The notes under the pieces: model-generated
Told to the model about the DNA's origin: nothing
Database searches by the model: none
Seen by the model: only the letters and a program-made list of their open reading frames with translations
Made by a program: the position numbers and the translations under genes
Shown here: positions 62,205 to 64,000 of the stretch, piece after piece
Layout: each line of letters starts with the position of its first letter
Numbering within the stretch: position 1 is the first letter of the stretch
Source of the DNA: Candidatus Krumholzibacteriota bacterium
GTDB lineage: Bacteria; Krumholzibacteriota; Krumholzibacteriia; JAJRXK01
NCBI GenBank assembly: GCA_963764625.1
Contig: CAVXTH010000009.1
Span: 704,001 to 768,000, forward strand
Length of the DNA: 64,000 nucleotides
Reading direction: 5' to 3'

Positions 62205-62255
62205 TGACTCTTATCCCAGCTGCCGCAACCTGAGTTCCAGCACGAGGCTCCCTTC

Positions 62256-63410
62256 ATGACCGCTTCCCATTCCCGCCGCTTCCTCGCCGTGTTCGTCGCC
62301 GTCCTGCTCGCCATGCCGGCGGCGGCCTACGGTTGGGGATCCAGCGTCCACCGGCTTATCAATCGCGCCGCCACCACCGAGCTTCCCTCGAGCTTTTCGG
62401 GATTCGCGCAGTGGGCCGATGATCTGGAGACGCTCTCCACCGCGGCGGACGAGCGCAAGTCCTCCACTCCCGGCGAGTCGATCAAACACTACATCGACAT
62501 CGACGACTATCCGGAGTTCTTCACCGGCACTCTGCCGCACGACTATGCGACGATGGTCGCGACTTACGGACAGTCACGCGTCGACAACGATGGCACCGTG
62601 CCCTGGGCGATCACCGCCAGCTATCAAGCTCTGGTGGCCGATTTTCAGGCCCAGGACTGGTCGAGCGCGGTGGCCGATGCGGCCGACCTCGGGCACTACG
62701 TGGCCGACAGCCACCAGCCCCTGCACGTCACGCAGAACTACAACGGACAGCTCACCGGACAGTACGGAATCCACTCGCGCTTCGAGAGCACCATGACCGG
62801 CGAGCATCTGAGCGAGCTGGTGCCCGGACCGCAGACCGGCACGCTGGTCGCCGATCCTCAGGAGGCGGTCTTCGACTGGATCGACGTGGTGTATCCGGGC
62901 GTGCAGGTGATTCTGGACGCCGACGATGCAGCCACCACCGCCTCGGGCGGGAGCACTTCGAACTCGACCTACTACGATACGCTCTGGCAGGAACTCGGGA
63001 GCGACACGATGGGATGGGTCAGCGAGGCCAGTCTGGCCATCGCGAGTTTCTGGTACACCGCCTGGGTCGAGGCCGGCTCGCCGCCTCTGCCGGGCGACGC
63101 CACCGGCGCTCAGAACGCGCCGCAGTTGGCGAGAACCCGCGTGCTGCAAAACGTCCCGAACCCCTTCAACCCTTCGACCCGGCTCCGCTTCGAGCTGGCC
63201 ACCGCGGGGCCGACGACCCTGCGCATCGTGAATGCGGCCGGCCGCAGCGTGCGCCGATTCGATCTCGGATTCCTCGACCAGGGTCCGCATGACGTCACCT
63301 GGAACGGGACCGGGGATGGGGGAACCCCACTCGCCAGTGGGGTCTATCGCATCGTGCTGACCGATGCACACGGAGTGTGTTCGACGGGGCGCGCGGTGCT
63401 GGTGAAGTAA
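62256..63410 (+). CDS. Secreted S1/P1 nuclease / Zn-dependent phospholipase C fold protein with FlgD-Ig-like CTD
   Basis: Signal peptide then mature N-terminal W..H (WGSSVH), HYIDID, GHYVADSHQPLH, IHSRFE; NVPNPFNPST..ASGVY..VLVK. Confidence 0.88.
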   Translation: MTASHSRRFLAVFVAVLLAMPAAAYGWGSSVHRLINRAATTELPSSFSGFAQWADDLETLSTAADERKSSTPGESIKHYIDIDDYPEFFTGTLPHDYATMVATYGQSRVDNDGTVPWAITASYQALVADFQAQDWSSAVADAADLGHYVADSHQPLHVTQNYNGQLTGQYGIHSRFESTMTGEHLSELVPGPQTGTLVADPQEAVFDWIDVVYPGVQVILDADDAATTASGGSTSNSTYYDTLWQELGSDTMGWVSEASLAIASFWYTAWVEAGSPPLPGDATGAQNAPQLARTRVLQNVPNPFNPSTRLRFELATAGPTTLRIVNAAGRSVRRFDLGFLDQGPHDVTWNGTGDGGTPLASGVYRIVLTDAHGVCSTGRAVLVK

Positions 63411-63431
63411 GCCTCGGAACGCGCTACCCTC

Positions 63432-64000
63432 TCAATTCAAGTGATAGTGCTCGGGTCTGCGATCGGCTATTAGATCGTTGCGCTGCGCCACGCTCTTGTC
63501 GCGCGCCAGCAGGGGGTCGATCTCGACCACCAACACGCCCTTCTCACCCGCTTCGATTCTCCCCAGGACCTTTCCCTTGGGATCGACGATCTGGCTGCCG
63601 CAGAGAAATTCAAGACGCTGGCTGCCGCGATCGTCGACGCCTCCGCGATTCGCGGTGAAGATGAAGACCGCATTCTCCAGGGCGCGCGTGACCATGGCGG
63701 GAGGACTCAGGCTGAGCACGAGATTGCTGGGATGCAGGATGAGATCGGCCCCGTCGACCGCGAGACTGCGCGCGGTCTCGGGAAAGCGCCAGTCGAAGCA
63801 GATCATGATCCCCAAGCGCGCACCTCTCCATTCCACGACCGGCGGCGGCGTATTCGAGCGATCGAAGATGTCCTTCTCGCCGTGAAACAGGTGGAGCTTG
63901 CGGTAGGAGCTGAGGATTCCCCCCGCGTGCACCAGAAGCGCAGAGTTGTAGAGCTTGTCTTGGTCGCGCTCGGCGATCCCCGCGCAGATGGCGGCGTCGT
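63432..64000 (-). CDS. Nitrilase-superfamily carbon-nitrogen hydrolase (5' end outside the window)
   Basis: LYNSALL, YRKLHLF, ICFDWRFPE, RALEN, GSQIVDP. Confidence 0.9.
   Translation of the reverse strand, partial: DAAICAGIAERDQDKLYNSALLVHAGGILSSYRKLHLFHGEKDIFDRSNTPPPVVEWRGARLGIMICFDWRFPETARSLAVDGADLILHPSNLVLSLSPPAMVTRALENAVFIFTANRGGVDDRGSQRLEFLCGSQIVDPKGKVLGRIEAGEKGVLVVEIDPLLARDKSVAQRNDLIADRRPEHYHLN

Noticed and set aside
1-64000. CRISPR arrays, tRNA/rRNA genes, IS elements, anti-phage systems
   Set aside because: I saw no regularly spaced repeats, cloverleaf motifs, terminal inverted repeats with a transposase, or recognisable defence domains. Short or divergent elements could be missed by eye.

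Overview
A GC-rich bacterial chromosomal segment with about 50 genes. I found no rRNA, tRNA, CRISPR array, integrase or transposase. Three secreted proteins end in a FlgD-Ig/T9SS-like C-terminal domain, and the window also has futalosine-pathway mqnD and a Cys-type CcmE. Together these suggest a diderm from an FCB-associated candidate phylum such as Krumholzibacteriota, Eisenbacteria or Latescibacterota (inference). In order, the window holds: (1) a minus-strand operon of RimB-like protease, RimK fused to RCK_C, ASTE/ASPA deacylase and PP2C phosphatase; (2) a beta-propeller protein, an OMP, a PflX radical SAM protein, mqnD and a ferredoxin; (3) a System I*-type cytochrome c maturation operon ccmE-F-(Zn-ribbon)-(orf)-A-B-C-D, whose ccmD is missed by the ORF track; (4) a ~1480-aa secreted protein with an apparently dead zincin domain; (5) peptidases, methylmalonyl-CoA mutase with meaB, and acyl-CoA catabolic genes; (6) an exosortase-A-type EPS/glycosylation locus in two blocks. 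Each transcription unit of that locus has a sigma54-like -24/-12 motif. The blocks are separated by a giant polysaccharide-lyase-like protein, a lipoprotein, tricorn protease and an OPT transporter. About eight single-base frameshifts split otherwise intact genes and are probably sequencing or assembly indels. All calls come from motif recognition by eye; no searches were run.
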